A stretch of DNA of 64,000 nucleotides from Chrysomallon squamiferum. Taxonomy: Eukaryota; Animalia; Mollusca. Location: assembly GCA_012295275.1 (NCBI GenBank), contig CM022670.1, forward strand, positions 41,540,001-41,604,000, read 5' to 3'. This document shows positions 1 through 20,570 of this stretch, piece after piece (position 1 is the first letter of the stretch; each line of letters opens with the position of its first letter). Position numbers and translations under genes: made by a program. The notes under the pieces are model-generated. The model worked only from the letters and a program-made list of their open reading frames with translations. It was not told the DNA's origin and did no database searches.

Positions 1-70
1 TGTCGCAGCTGAGATTCGAACCTGCAAGCTATAACGCCTCAGATTCGCGTCTAACCACAAAACCATCGCC
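1..70 (-). mobile_element. tRNA-derived SINE head or degenerate tRNA pseudogene, continues beyond the window start
   Basis: Minus strand reads GGCGATGGTTTTGTGGTTAG...GCAGGTTCGAATCTCAG: an A-box-like element followed by a canonical Pol III B-box (GGTTCGAATC). The T-stem and acceptor stem do not pair, so it is not an intact tRNA. Confidence 0.6.
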
Positions 71-766
71 TCGTTTTCGAAACAGACAGTAATGTAAAAT
101 AAAATGAAAATGTCTCTCATCACGATCAATATTGACCGCAACGACCCAATTTAAAACGGAGTTCATATTATTGATAAATGAAAATGAAAATAAACGCTGC
201 TGTAGATTGAATTTTAAATTTTAATTTCAGTTAAGCGCGTCTTGGTAATTAAGCAAGTGAAATTATTGAAGTTATTAAATCAATATTCTTCTCTTGCTGA
301 AAATATGTCGCAGAATCTTTTATACGTTAAAAATATTAAAATACGCCAACCTGAACTATCAATACTGTTAACAATTAACATTTGAAATTTCATATACGAC
401 TGTAGAGTACATTGCCTTGAGTTTTAGATATATGTATATATACAGCATGAATCTGAAGGTGACATTTATTATTTTTATTTTTTATTTTTGTATTATTATT
501 TTTTTTAAATACTTTCTGTGTAACAACTGGTAAAATATCTGTAGACAGCATTAGAGCGGAAATTTTAGAAATTAAATTTTCAAATCTGTTACCTCACAAA
601 CACTGCGTAACAGCTGCAGTAGATCGCGGTGATGATGTCACCGAAAATAAAACTAAAATTTAAAACTACGTTCATATCATATTACTTGTTGTCACCAGCT
701 TTAGAAAGGTTCTTATTCGAATTTGATTCACTTACTTTATTATTATTGTTATTGTTATTGTTTTGT

Positions 767-806
<40 letters not shown>

Positions 807-1253
807 TGTTGTTGTTGTTCTGAAATGATGAAAATAAATACCTATAAATATTTATTTATGGGTTACTGTGAATGTCGAGATTTCTGTTAAAACCCAATTC
901 TCTTAGTAAAAACATTCTCTCAAACAAAACGTTTTCGTGTTTTTACTTTTGTCTGAGAATGTCATTACACTGACCGATGTTAACAACTGCGACATTTAAA
1001 CCTGTTAACATTTTCCTGTAATTACTCGCTAATTAAATAACACTAGCGCGGCTCCAGCGAGTTTGTTGTTAATTTCGTAGTTATTACGTCAGCCTGGAGA
1101 ACGTGGGATCGATTCGTTGTACTGGAACTGTTCAGTATGACAACCTGTGTATGTCATAATAAAATATACTGTGTACGTACTGTCATCTTTAGTGTCTCTT
1201 CGTTAATTTTTTTTTTTTTTTCAAATGAATATAACAATAAACAAAAACATATA

Positions 1254-1258
<5 letters not shown>

Positions 1259-1310
<52 letters not shown>
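1259..1310. repeat. (TG)n microsatellite
   Basis: Direct reading. Confidence 0.95.
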
Positions 1311-1312
<2 letters not shown>

Positions 1313-1854
1313 GCCGCTCTCTGGTAATCAGAATAAGTAAATTGGAAAATGTAACATCTCTGAAGACTATCAAAAAAAAAAAAAAAATCATTTAGAAAGA
1401 CATATGCTGGATGGGAGGGTGTAAAATACGGATCTTCAAACAACGGGTTTTACAGTGCAAAAAAAAAAAAAAAAAAAAAAATTATTTCCGAGAGTAAAAC
1501 ATTTTACAAGATTGTTATCACTGTTTTACAATCTCAATAAAACATGTCTGACGACAACAACGTTGTTACTGACACGTGTAACAGCGATGTTGATGCTCGT
1601 CCCAGTGAAACTGTCGTATTACAATCAATAGACGTAGTAAACGTGGCCGTGCATGCAACATGACTAATAAAAAATTTACATCATGAAGCTGTAATAATTT
1701 TATACACAGTAAAGAAAAATATTTATACAACACAAGAAATATTTGTAAAATATGTGTTTTAAATAAAAATATCAATTAGCACTCTGCTTTTGAACAGTGT
1801 AGAGTCTGTTTTAAATATTTAGAGTACAATTAGACCGTCTGTATATAATACAGT

Positions 1855-2630
1855 GCCGTATATAATCTAATATGTCCGTATTTAAACTGTTGTATACAAT
1901 CTAGTACGTCTGTATTTAAATATTTGTATATAATCTAGTACGTCTGCATTTAAATATTTGTATACAATCTAGTACGTCTGTATTTAAATATTTGTATACA
2001 GTCTAGTACGTCTGTATTTAAATATTTGTATATAATCTAGCACGTCTGTATTTAAATATTTGTATACAATCTAGTACGTCTGTATTTAAATATTTGTATA
2101 CAATCTAGTACGTCTGTATTTAAATAATTGTATACAATCTAGTACGTCTGTATTTAAATAGTTATATATAATCTAGTACATCTGTATTTAAACTGTTGAA
2201 TACAATCTAGTACGTCTGTATTTAAATAGTTGTTTATAATCTAGTACATCTGTATTTAAATAATTGTATATAATCTAGTACGTCTGTATTTAAATAATTG
2301 TATATAATCTAGTACGTCTGTATTTAAATAATTGTATATAATCTAGTACGTCTGTATTTAAATAATTGTATATAATCTAGTACGTCTGTATTTAAATAGT
2401 TGTATATAATCTAGTACGTCTGTATTTAAATAATTGTATATAATCTAGTACGTCTGTATTTAAATAGTTATATAACATCTAGTATGTCTGTATATAAACT
2501 GTTGTATACAATCTAATACGTCTATTTAAATAGTTATATATAATCTAGTATGTCTGTATTTAAACTGTTGAATACAATATAGTATGCCTGTATTTAAACT
2601 GTTGTATACAATCTAGTACCTCTGCATTTT
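1855..2630. repeat. 34-bp minisatellite, ~22 copies
   Basis: Unit TATACAATCTAGTACGTCTGTATTTAAATATTTG; CTAGTACG recurs at 1901, 1935, 1969 and onward. No unique spacers. Confidence 0.95.
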
Positions 2631-2856
2631 ATCAGTGTCGCATACAGTTTACTACGACTACATGCGCACACACACGCACACAGACAGATACACACACGTA
2701 CGCATACACAGGTACAGTAGTACGTATAACTTGGGTAAAAGAGGACTGGATGGTTTCAGCTGATCCTGCTCTGTCAAGTATCGTGCACGGACCTGTGCAC
2801 GTCCATTCATAACGTCTGCGCTGAATTCCTTTCTCGCCAGTCTTTCTTGTGATCTC

Positions 2857-3134
2857 TGACCTGAAAGAGGTCACGTTTCGAGGTCAGGAGGTCACCACAA
2901 TCTCTGTTTGCACTGTTTCATGTTTCAAAATTCTTTCTTTTTTCTTTTCATTCAATTTCTTTTTCTTTTAACTATATCATGATAGGCATTAAAATACTGT
3001 TTTACAGATTATTTTAATTTTTGAGTATGGTATTTCAATATTTCGGAAGACAATACTCATTTTCTTTTTATCTAGCTTACCTATTTTTAAGGTGACGGGG
3101 TGAGACAGGGCGTGGTTCACCTCTAAGGGCGTGG
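2857..3134. promoter_or_regulatory. Candidate enhancer: four perfect nuclear-receptor half-sites including a DR2, plus two GGGCGTGG boxes
   Basis: TGACCT 2857-2862, AGGTCA 2868-2873, 2881-2886 and 2889-2894 (AGGTCA-gg-AGGTCA). GGGCGTGG at 3108 and 3127. Confidence 0.4.
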
Positions 3135-3619
3135 GACAGGTATCATTTATACACAGCGATTTGTGGGGTTTTTTTTTTAAAGAAGAATAAGAAGAAAGAA
3201 AAAGAAAAGCTGGAAAGTTTCCCTAGAAGGAAAAAAAAAAATTTAAAAAAAGAAATAAAGTTCATTTAATTTAATATGTCAAATGGTACTAGAGTAGATG
3301 ATGGAACGAATTTTTGGTGGATTAAAAAAAAGATTTGGTTACAGACATATTTAAACATGGACTGGTTCTTTTGTAAGTGAAACGTGTGAACTTACAGAAC
3401 TGAACTTACAACTAGATGTGTCATGTGACAAGTAAAATACACGTCGGTTCGAGGTTCTGGTTGTAGAAAATGTAGAAAGAGGAACATTTAATACCTACAA
3501 TAATGAATGAATGAATTAATTAATAAATGAATAAATAAATGAATAAATAAATAAACATTAATAATACTACTACTACTACTACTAATAATAAAATAATAAT
3601 ATTAGTATTGTTGTTGTTG

Positions 3620-3622
<3 letters not shown>

Positions 3623-3693
<71 letters not shown>
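3623..3693. repeat. (TTA)n microsatellite
   Basis: Direct reading. It explains the poly-Ile ORF 3608..3952. Confidence 0.95.
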
Positions 3694-3694
<1 letters not shown>

Positions 3695-5727
3695 AAAAGT
3701 AAAAAGACAAAGTTGGGGTTAAATGTAATCTTACTTGAATATCATTTAAAACATTTTCTATTTTCGCCGATACTAAAGTGCGAAAAAGTACTTCCATGTT
3801 TCCTCTTTTTCAAACTATTTCTAACGTACGTGGCTTCCATTTCAACACGTGCATCACACGTTCCCTGCACGTTCTTCATTATGCGTGCTGATTTAGTTGT
3901 CAAGGAAGGTTTTAAAATACCGCGTTTTAGACACGAGAATGTTAGAAACTGAAAAACGTCAATTCTTGTTAGAAATGTACTCCGTTATTCATATTACCAC
4001 AACAGCAAACATTCCTTAATAAATTCCAAATTTACATTCTTCAAATCACATTACCACATTCAGTACAATGAAGTATTTCCTTTCTAACCAAATCTATAGC
4101 TGTTTTTTTTTTTTTTTTTTTTTGTATGGATATGTGTCTGTGTATGTGTGTGTATGTATACGTACATATGTACCTATATACGTATGTATGTATGTATGTG
4201 CACGCACGCACGCTTGCATGAGAGTTAATGCGTCAGTACTTATGTTAGTACAGATGTATGTGTAATCAAGTGCATGCACACAGAAACATCTGCAAGTTTA
4301 ATTAAGATAAAGAAAAAAAAAATCACAGTGTCATCTTGAAAAGAAGTAACATATTTCATATTTGATAACAAAACGGCTTTTATAATTATTTGTGTTACAT
4401 GCTGTGTTAAACACAAACTGTCCGCTATACACAGGTTCACGTTATAAGCAGAACATGACAATATTATTTTACTAATACATTTATATAACATAATGTCCGC
4501 TTTAGATGGAGCATTTATGACGTCATATAGTCCGCATTAATCTCGGTCGTATTATAGAAAGTGTATGTTTGAACATCTTACTAATCGCACTCATGTCCAC
4601 ACTAAACAGGTTCGCGTTACAGACGAAAGTTTGTTACCACACTGTCCGCTGTATGCAGGTTGACGTTGGAGACAGGTGCTGACTGGTGTGTTTCATTCTG
4701 TGCAGACGTCACAGATGACGTTTCACTGATAACAGAGATATGTATTAATACGAGATTTTTTATTTTTTTATTTTTTTATCTCATATTTCTTTCTTATCAG
4801 TTTATTAATTAAAGCGCAGAAACCCGACACGATTTGTTCAGTGTAAACAAGATGATTAATGTCAGTTCGAATTTCTCCCAGCATTCATTGCGCGGACGTA
4901 ACGCGTCTGTACAAACCAATCTAGAAGTGACTGACATGTCGCAGAGGTGCTGGGTTCGCTTCTTTGCAGTGGCTTCTGTCCAAATATTGTTAACAAGTTT
5001 TAAAACTCTACACTATGCCTTTTGAACTAACTTTAAAATAAATAAATAAATATATAAATAAATAAATAAATAAATAATAAAACAAATGAATGAATGAATA
5101 AATAAATAATTAAATAAATGAATGAATGAATAAATAAATAATTGAATGAATGAATAAATAATTAAATGAATGAATGAATGAATAAATAAATAATTAAATG
5201 AATGAATGAATGAATACATTAAAATAGAAAAAAGTAAAGAAATAAAATAGAAAAGTCTGTACAGCTGTTAGGTTGTTGACGGAATACTAAGAGAATGTAG
5301 CCATTTTTTTATAAATCACGATAGTTCATAATACAACATAAACTTAAAATTAAAAACCAAAGTCTTAGAGTGTGTGAAAACTTTAACAAAATGAAGTCGG
5401 TGGTTTTTTTTTTTAAACAATGAGTAGAATACGTTATTTATTTACTAATTATTATTTATTATTATTGTTGTTGTTGTCGATGTTGTTGTTATTTTATAAA
5501 ACAAACTAAATATTATTTAATATAATATAATATAATATATTTACTGAAATCATTAATTATTTTACATGCATTTATTTATTTATTTACGTACTAAATTAAT
5601 AATTTGCCAGTGTATTTAAAAAGAACAAACAAAAAGAAAAAAAAAAATTTTTTAAATTTTTTGCTTTTAACATTTTAAATACGAGTGACTACAGGAATTT
5701 AATTTAACATAACAATGGAAAATTTAA

Positions 5728-5759
<32 letters not shown>

Positions 5760-7113
5760 ATTATTATTAAAAAAAAAAAAAAACGACCTTCTGTTTCTCT
5801 CTCTCTCGAACGATAATTTTGTTTCTAACAACGCCAATAAAACACTTGATATTTAATTAGAAATACGCTGAAATGGGCGCCACGGTATCCATTATTTACT
5901 AGCCATATGGCTTGATTCTTACGCCTAGACTTTACAAATGTTAAAAAAAAATAATAATAAAATAAAAAAATAAAATAAAATAATAAATCCAGAACTTTAT
6001 CATGAAACAAAATTCTATACTCGGTTTAAGTTTCATAAATCGTGTGTAAACCCGGTTCTAGTCGTCATGGAAACGGAGAAATAATAACACGGGTTTATTT
6101 GTTTTTGGTGGGAAGAGAGAAAAGTGGAAATACGAATATTTATTGAGAAATGATCTTCCTACGAAAACACGAGAGGAAGATAATTTTATTTGAGTAAAAT
6201 TTTACTTGTAACTGGCGTCTCTCCGACTCGTGTTTATGAAGTTTATCTGCGAGCGTGTAAAATTACAATGTACATCTGGAGAATGGTTCGTTAGGCACAC
6301 GAAATGTGTTCCAATATAAATGTTATATCTTATGCATATGCAATCGGCCTCATGTTTCAATCGCCAAATAAGGGCAAGAAATTCATCAGCGGAAACAAAT
6401 GAAAAGCACAAGGGGCACTCAAATGGCGTTACGGATCAATAAGGTTGTAAGAGTTGTTTCCCTTGCAACTTTTTTTATATATTTTTTTATTTCCACGGTG
6501 TTTTTCTGTGAGAATGTTACCCGCTGTTGTTAAATTGCTTCCATCTGTCTTGAAAAGAGAAAGTAAAAAGTGAATTCACTTTGATCTCTCGGTTTTTAAA
6601 CACATCACGGTTCTGTACTAGTTACAGATGTCTAGAAAGAGAAATCTCTTATCAGTATCAACGTGACTTTATCAACTTATTTTCAGTAATTTCTGTATCA
6701 ATAATTTCTGTATAAATCTCTTTTTCTTTTTTTTTTTTTTTTCTTTTTTTTTTTTTTTTATTCATAGTTATTATTATAGAACATTATTTGAAATATGATT
6801 CATTTCCACTGTTATTAATTAATTTTGTTTTTGTTTTTGCTGTTATATATCTATATCTGTCTATAATCTGGGTATCTATCTCTCTGTAGTTAAAATTTAA
6901 TTAGGATACGTGACATAACTGAATTATGTTTATCTTGTACATCTGTTGGCTGGCTACAAAGCAGAATCTGACACAGCGGCAAAGTTATAATAAAAATGAA
7001 CATTTTTTTTTTTTTGATAGGAGAAACAGTCTAAATATATTCTTTATACTTTCCAAAGTATATTATTATTATTATTATTATATTATTATTCGTTTTTAAT
7101 AAAGAATGGACGA

Positions 7114-7170
<57 letters not shown>

Positions 7171-7230
7171 AATAAATAAATAACATCAGAAATGATAAAA
7201 GAAAAAACAGACAACAACCAGCTATCTCTC

Positions 7231-7428
7231 CGCCATGTTTAGAGTGACGTCATGACTCAGTCTGCAATAGGGCAAACTTTCACCGATCAGGTGTTTTGTA
7301 ACAGTATTATTTTATTTTCATATCTAGCTGATAAAATCCTTCTAAACAATAAAATAATGACTTGGAAATGTAAATAATAAATTCATTCGTACCGCTGAAG
7401 ATACTAAGTTTTAAACTCGTCACGTGAC
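7231..7428. promoter_or_regulatory. Candidate enhancer: YY1-like site, abutting CRE and AP-1, palindromic E-box
   Basis: CGCCATGTT 7231-7239, TGACGTCA 7245-7252 directly followed by TGACTCA 7253-7259, GTCACGTGAC 7419-7428. Confidence 0.35.
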
Positions 7429-7551
7429 CAGATTACATAGTACGCAGGAATTCGTTATTACAATTCTTTCAAAAAATTATAGACTTTAATCTCAGAATAT
7501 TGTTTTATTTCTCTTCTTCCATCTACTACTACTAATACAACAACAACAACA

Positions 7552-7582
<31 letters not shown>

Positions 7583-7674
7583 TTACTACTTCTACTACTA
7601 CACCAGCTAAAAACCTGGAAAGTAATAATAATAATAATCAATAATAATAATAATAATAATAAAATAAATAATAA

Positions 7675-7709
<35 letters not shown>

Positions 7710-8038
7710 ATTTAAAATGAAAAAAAAAAAATATAAAAAGAAAAAGAATGTTTAGCTAATGAAAGTTTATTTTTAGTTTTTCACTTGAGCAATGTCTCAC
7801 TCCACGCAATAATAAAAATATAACTGAAACAAATAAAATCTTCACGTAAAAACAGTGTATACTGTTGTGTGGGTTTCAGAAGAGTGACCACACTTATTTA
7901 ATATCAGCTGTAGTAGCTGTTACCACGATGCAGTGCGACATCCGCTCAGTCGTAGATACAATGTCTTAAGAAAAGAATACCTGCCATAATGTTAGGATGG
8001 TTTCCAAACGTTTTCTTTTTATCACGTATTTTCTTTTT

Positions 8039-8076
<38 letters not shown>

Positions 8077-8078
8077 CT

Positions 8079-8113
<35 letters not shown>

Positions 8114-8237
8114 GGGAGACAAATCATAAATACATATCATGAAAAAATATTTTATAGTAATTTCCCTTCTCACATTTATTTGAATTTTTGAATCTCAAGT
8201 GCAGATAAATGATAAATGATATAAACAACAGAAGAAG

Positions 8238-8272
<35 letters not shown>

Positions 8273-9368
8273 ACAATAACAAATAAACAATAAATAAACC
8301 TCCCCCAAAACCCCAACAAAAACATCAACAACGAAAATACAAAACAAAACAGACGACAAATAAATAAATCAGTCGGTTATTAAATTAAACAACAAAACAA
8401 AACAAACAGACAACAACAAACAAACAAGTAAATCAGTCGGTCATTAAATTAAAAAGAAGAAGAAAAAGCAAACAATATGTCGCTGGTAACACAGAAGAAA
8501 ACGAGTGACAAACAACACAAATATGATTTATTACGACACAAACCTGAGTTCACTACTGAGAAGAGATCACGTGTTTATCATAGCTGAAAGCTTCACTTAA
8601 CGTCATTGCTTGTTTTGCAGTGTATTTTTTTAATCATGGTATTTTTTATCTATTTTAAAAAAAAAATTATTTTGTTTGTAAATATGATAAAGCAAGACAG
8701 ATTTTCGTTTATTTTTAATTTCCGTTGTCCTTGAATATTATTGAATATATCTTATCAGGGGATATTTTTCTTCAAAGAAAAACAAATGAAAATCATAATT
8801 CACCAAAAAAATAAAATAAATAAAAAAAAAAAAAAAAAAAAAAAAAAATAAATAAATATGGTAATGACAAAAATGTGAAGATTTTAAAATGACAAAATTA
8901 CGTCAGATCTTTACTGTAACTGTTTTAGGTGAAAAGGGTTTAATGAATTAAAGAAAAGTCATTTAATTGTTATTTTATACATATATACACACATATATAT
9001 ATATTATATATTATGTTTTAAACGTTAAAACAATATTTGTATTAAATTTAATTTGGTATTAATGAAATTGGAGAAACAGAAGTTTTGGTTTGAGTTTTCC
9101 TTAAAACGAGATTGTAAATATTTTCTCTTCTGTTGTAAATGCTATTTAACGGTATTAAATTGACGATGATATACTGCAAAATTAAACCAGAATAGATTTC
9201 TCACCTAAATGTATCGTTTTCTTTTTTGTTTTTGTTTTTTCAGTGTTTTGATTTACGCCAGATCTCGTCAGCCATTTAAATTCATAATTAAATTGTATGT
9301 TGTTTTGATGTTGTAAAAGTTTAAATTTACAGTAACACTTTTTGCCGTTTTACATTGTTAATTTGATA

Positions 9369-9423
<55 letters not shown>

Positions 9424-10757
9424 GTCGTCGTTAATAATAATAATGATACAAAAAATACGATCAATCTGGACACAAACACACGTTATATATGTATATATTA
9501 TATATGTTTTAAAAACGGTTTACTGGGACAAAATTCTGTCTAAACTAACTTTTCTGATTCATCCTTCAACACAAAAACTCACTGGTTATTACGTGCAAGT
9601 CAGATGTAAACTTTTTAAATTTTAACAAATCTATCAACAGTTAAATTACAAACACAGTTTACTGTGCTGTATATTTGTGCTATTTTAGACATGAAAAAAA
9701 AAAAAGCAAATAGAGTATAAACAGCAACATGAACAAATATACACAAGAGTAAATATCAACACCACAAAATAAATAAAAATAAACAAAACAAAAAATAGAT
9801 AGATAGATAGATAGATAGTTAGAATAAAATAAAATAAAATTAAAATAATATTAAGATTTATAATTTTAGTTTTGGGATGAAATAATCAATTGACGTTCAG
9901 CTAGAAATTCGTGGGACTGTGTATGAAGAAATATGTTGTCAGGCTGTAATCTGTGTATGTGTTATGTTTTTTATTTACACAATCAATCAAACAAATCCAT
10001 ATTCCTTGTAATTTCACACAATTTTATTTTCATCTCAACTCTGAATTTCTTTATTTTATTAACATGATCTAATCATTAAATCTTTATTATTATTTATTTA
10101 TTATTAATTTATTAATTTATTATTAATTTATTTATTTATTATTAATTTATTTATTTATTCATTTATTTTTTATTTATTATTTATTTATTTATTCATTTAA
10201 TTCATTTAATTTATTTATTTATTTTTTTATTTATTTATTTATTTATTTATTTTTATTTTACAATCAATACAGAGGTTTTCAAGTATAAAAGAAATTTCAG
10301 CTTACTGATATGAAAAAAGAGTCACTATTAAAGTTTAGTTTATTGTTTGTGCGTGTGTGTGTTACTAGGATACTGTTGTTAGAGGATACAGGTTAATATA
10401 AACAGAGTACAAATCAGACATATTCCTCTCAGCAGCGAAAATATTCAATATAAATATCATTTTAAAATTCTGTGATTATCTGTGAGTTGAAAAGTCTAAG
10501 AATTAATTAATTTCGTTTATTTGAATTTGGTCATTATTATTGAAAATTAGAGTAAATATATATAATATTATATATATATATATATTTGTCTCTTTGAAAG
10601 TAAACATGATGAAAGAGGAAATATGTCAGTAAGAGATAAAATCTGATCTGTTTCAGTGAGGAAAAATTCCTTTCTTCTTCATCACTCAAAAAACAAAAAA
10701 CAAAACAAAAAAAATAAAATAAACAAATTATAATAAAAAGTAAAAAAATAACACAAA

Positions 10758-10800
<43 letters not shown>

Positions 10801-10816
10801 CTGAAAAACAACATCA

Positions 10817-10861
<45 letters not shown>

Positions 10862-13109
10862 AAGTAAAAACAAAAACCAACAGTTTTTTTTTTTTCAAAA
10901 TATTTTAATCATTAAATGATTTTGATTTTCATGAGAAACAAATAAGAAGACAGTACAGATAAATAAAAACACACAAAGATGTAATGATTTTCATTGACAT
11001 AAAATAACAAAGTTTTGGATTTCAAAACAAAACTGAAGAGACTATGAAGTTAAAATTAGTAACATTCTGTTCAGATGTATCAGAAATATAAAAATAACAC
11101 ATGATGGCATCTGAAGGTTTTGCAAATTATAAATATATATTTTATATACATGTTTAACTTTGTTTAGAAACATAACAAAAAACAATAATTACAATATCCG
11201 TAGGATTTGGAAATTTAAAAAAATGAAATGAGAGGTTTCATTGGACTCTGGCAAATACAAAAAAAAAAATGCAAACAGATAGTGTATATTAAACTGATTT
11301 AAAAAAAAGATATAACAAAGATTTCTCTATTTTAAAATTACAAAATGCAGATTTAGTAAGATATCAGGTGACATGTTGTTATTAAATACTGTGTGGCCAG
11401 TAACTGTGCAAGGTTGTGATGCACAGTAATATTGTTTTTAGATGTTTCTGAAAACTTAACTAATAACATGGTGACTTTAACCTACAGTTATTATAAAATG
11501 TATTATCAAGTATCTTAAATTGCTGTAGGGCAGAACAGCTTGAAAAAGATGTAAAGTTAAAAAAACAAGAAGAAATGAACTTTTGAAGATTACAAAACAT
11601 TGCCAGGATGTAGTCAGATTTTTGAAAACTAAAATAAAATGTTATATATATATTGTTATTTAATTTAAAAATAAATCCAGACTAGCTTTATTAACTGTTA
11701 GCACTACACATTCTCAAACCATTCACAACCAAACACAAATTATGAAACTCAAATATTCCTGGTCATAAACAAACATATTGTAATACAACTTCTACAATAC
11801 ATATAAAATTATTTTAAAAATGCATTGTACTTTTAAACACATTTGTGACCAGTTTTATAAGAAAATAAGAAAAACACGTAACAAATACATGATTTTGTTT
11901 TTAAATTCTGTACATCTGCTGTAACAGTGAGCTGGAATGTAGTATAATCTGGTTTCTTTTCTGTCTGGAACATACTGGTTATCTTTATTTAACTGTTAAA
12001 CAGGATAGACTGGAAATTGTTTTTATTATGGCAGGGAATTGTTTCTGGCATATTAAAAAGTGCTCAGAATGTTATTATAAATAACAAGTTTGTCCAGTAA
12101 CCTTTTGTTTCTGTTTAAAAATCTTTTCAAATTATAACTGTTTGCCCTGTTTTTTTTTTTTTCTCTGTTAGTATGATTAGAAGTGTTGTACTTGATTGTT
12201 CTTACTGCTGCTAAAACATTCACAACTAGTGTAATATGTTAGTAGAGGCAATAAACTATATAAAACTATCAGTCTAAAGATCAATAATTAGTGTGTAGAT
12301 CAATTTGTTCCTGAGATAAACTTGACTGTGTGAAGTTAGATTGTAACAGAACAGAATATTAACTGAGTTCTCAGTAAAACAATGCAGGGTGAACAAATTT
12401 TTTATTTACTTACTAAATTGGCAGTTTTATGATACTGGAAAACATTGTCATCAAACTTTATTGGAAATGTCATTTCCATTCAGGGGTACAAAAACTTGTT
12501 TTGTCACATTCATGGCACCTTCATGAAAAATGTTTAATTAAAAAAAAAAAAAAAAAAATTAATATGCAAGTTTGGCAATGATATACTCTATGGTAGTAAA
12601 ACTAAATAAGATTTTTAAAATAATAATTAAAAATTAATCTTTTGAGATTAAGTCACACTGATTCTGTACATCCACATTGTGATTGTTATTGATTATGTGA
12701 CCATACTTTGGTCACTAGTGACACTAATTCTAGTTTAGTGTAGCTCAACTACATTATTAGTGTGACATCACACTAATATCTGATCTCTAGATCAAATTAC
12801 TGTCTAGTTTCACTTACTTCGTGATCACATTTATAAATAAAATAAATGAGAATCTATTTTTATTTTATATATATAAACTTAATGAAAGTAAGGAGTTTAA
12901 CACATAGTATGAAATTAACAATAAGATGGTAAAACAATGGTTTTATGATTAATTTAAACAGTAAACTGGATGTGTTAGAATTCTGTTAAACTCTATGCGA
13001 AGATATCAATCCAGACTCAGGCTGAAAAGCATATTTCTACTCATTTTGGAATATCTGTAGAGACTTTTTCACTATCCGATTTGCATATACACGTCAGTGA
13101 TATGCCATT

Positions 13110-13500
13110 GATCAGACATTCACTATTACTCACAAATCCAATCACATTCATTATAATTAACAACTATTCACCAGTAACATTCACTATTACTCACCATTCA
13201 GTCACATTCACTATTGCTCACCAGTTCAGTCACATTCACTATTGCTCACCAGTTCAGTCACATTCACTGTTACTCACCAGTTAAGTCACATTCAACATTT
13301 CTAACCAGTTCAGTCACATTCACCATTTCTGACCAGTTCAGTCACATTCACAATTACTCACCAGTTCAGTCATATTCACTATTACTCACCAGTTCAATCA
13401 CATTAACTATTACTCACAAATTCAATCACATTCACTATTACTCACCAGTCCAGTCACATTCAGTATCATTATCTTAGTCACATTTAATTTTACTCACAAG
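13110..13500. repeat. 28-bp minisatellite, ~13 copies, downstream of the NIM1K stop (probable 3' UTR)
   Basis: Unit CAGTCACATTCACTATTACTCACCAGTT, period 28 (13201, 13229, ...). Confidence 0.9.
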
Positions 13501-13948
13501 CTCACACTTACTCAACTTTGCTCACACACTGAACATTAAGTACTGTTTATTTTAATGCCAGTTTAGACTACTGCACTCACTTTTTTGTTGTTATTGCTTA
13601 TTCTTATTACATTTCGTTTCTTTAATAATGAAAATGAAATGAATCAGAAAACTAATGAAAAGTGGATGTTTGATATTTGTGTGTCAAACTCAGTTTTATG
13701 GTTTTCATTGAATCCAACAATTACTTGAGTTTTGAGACAAAGAATAAATTATCACAGATCTTACCCGACTAACAAAGTAGAAGATAAACTACCTGGTGGA
13801 CAGAGTCAACATTTTAAATATCCTTTGTTAATCACAGCTGCTGGGAAATAGAAGGACACTACGAGGTGCAAAACGACTCAAAAGACTGAGTCCTCTTGGT
13901 CTTTCAGTCTTTGAAGATTGTTTCTAAGTACAGGACGCTTGATGGACA

Positions 13949-20510
<6,562 letters not shown>

Positions 20511-20519
20511 GGCAATGGT

Positions 20520-20570
20520 TCAAGATGAAAACCAGGCCTGGTGGCCTCCACTTGTTACTGAGTCACTCAT
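20520..20570 (-). other. uORF (MSDSVTSGGHQAWFSS*) in the NIM1K leader
   Basis: ACAACA-ATG at 20570, inside the exon whose acceptor is at 20585. TGA at 20522-20520, 9 nt before the main GCC-ATG-G at 20510, in the same frame. Confidence 0.6.

Noticed and set aside
1-70. Functional tRNA gene
   Set aside because: A B-box is present but the cloverleaf stems do not pair. Treated as a SINE head or pseudogene.
1855-2630. CRISPR-like appearance of the 34-bp array, and likewise the 28-, 48- and 24-bp arrays
   Set aside because: Units are head-to-tail with no unique spacers, there are no cas genes, and the context is eukaryotic spliced genes.
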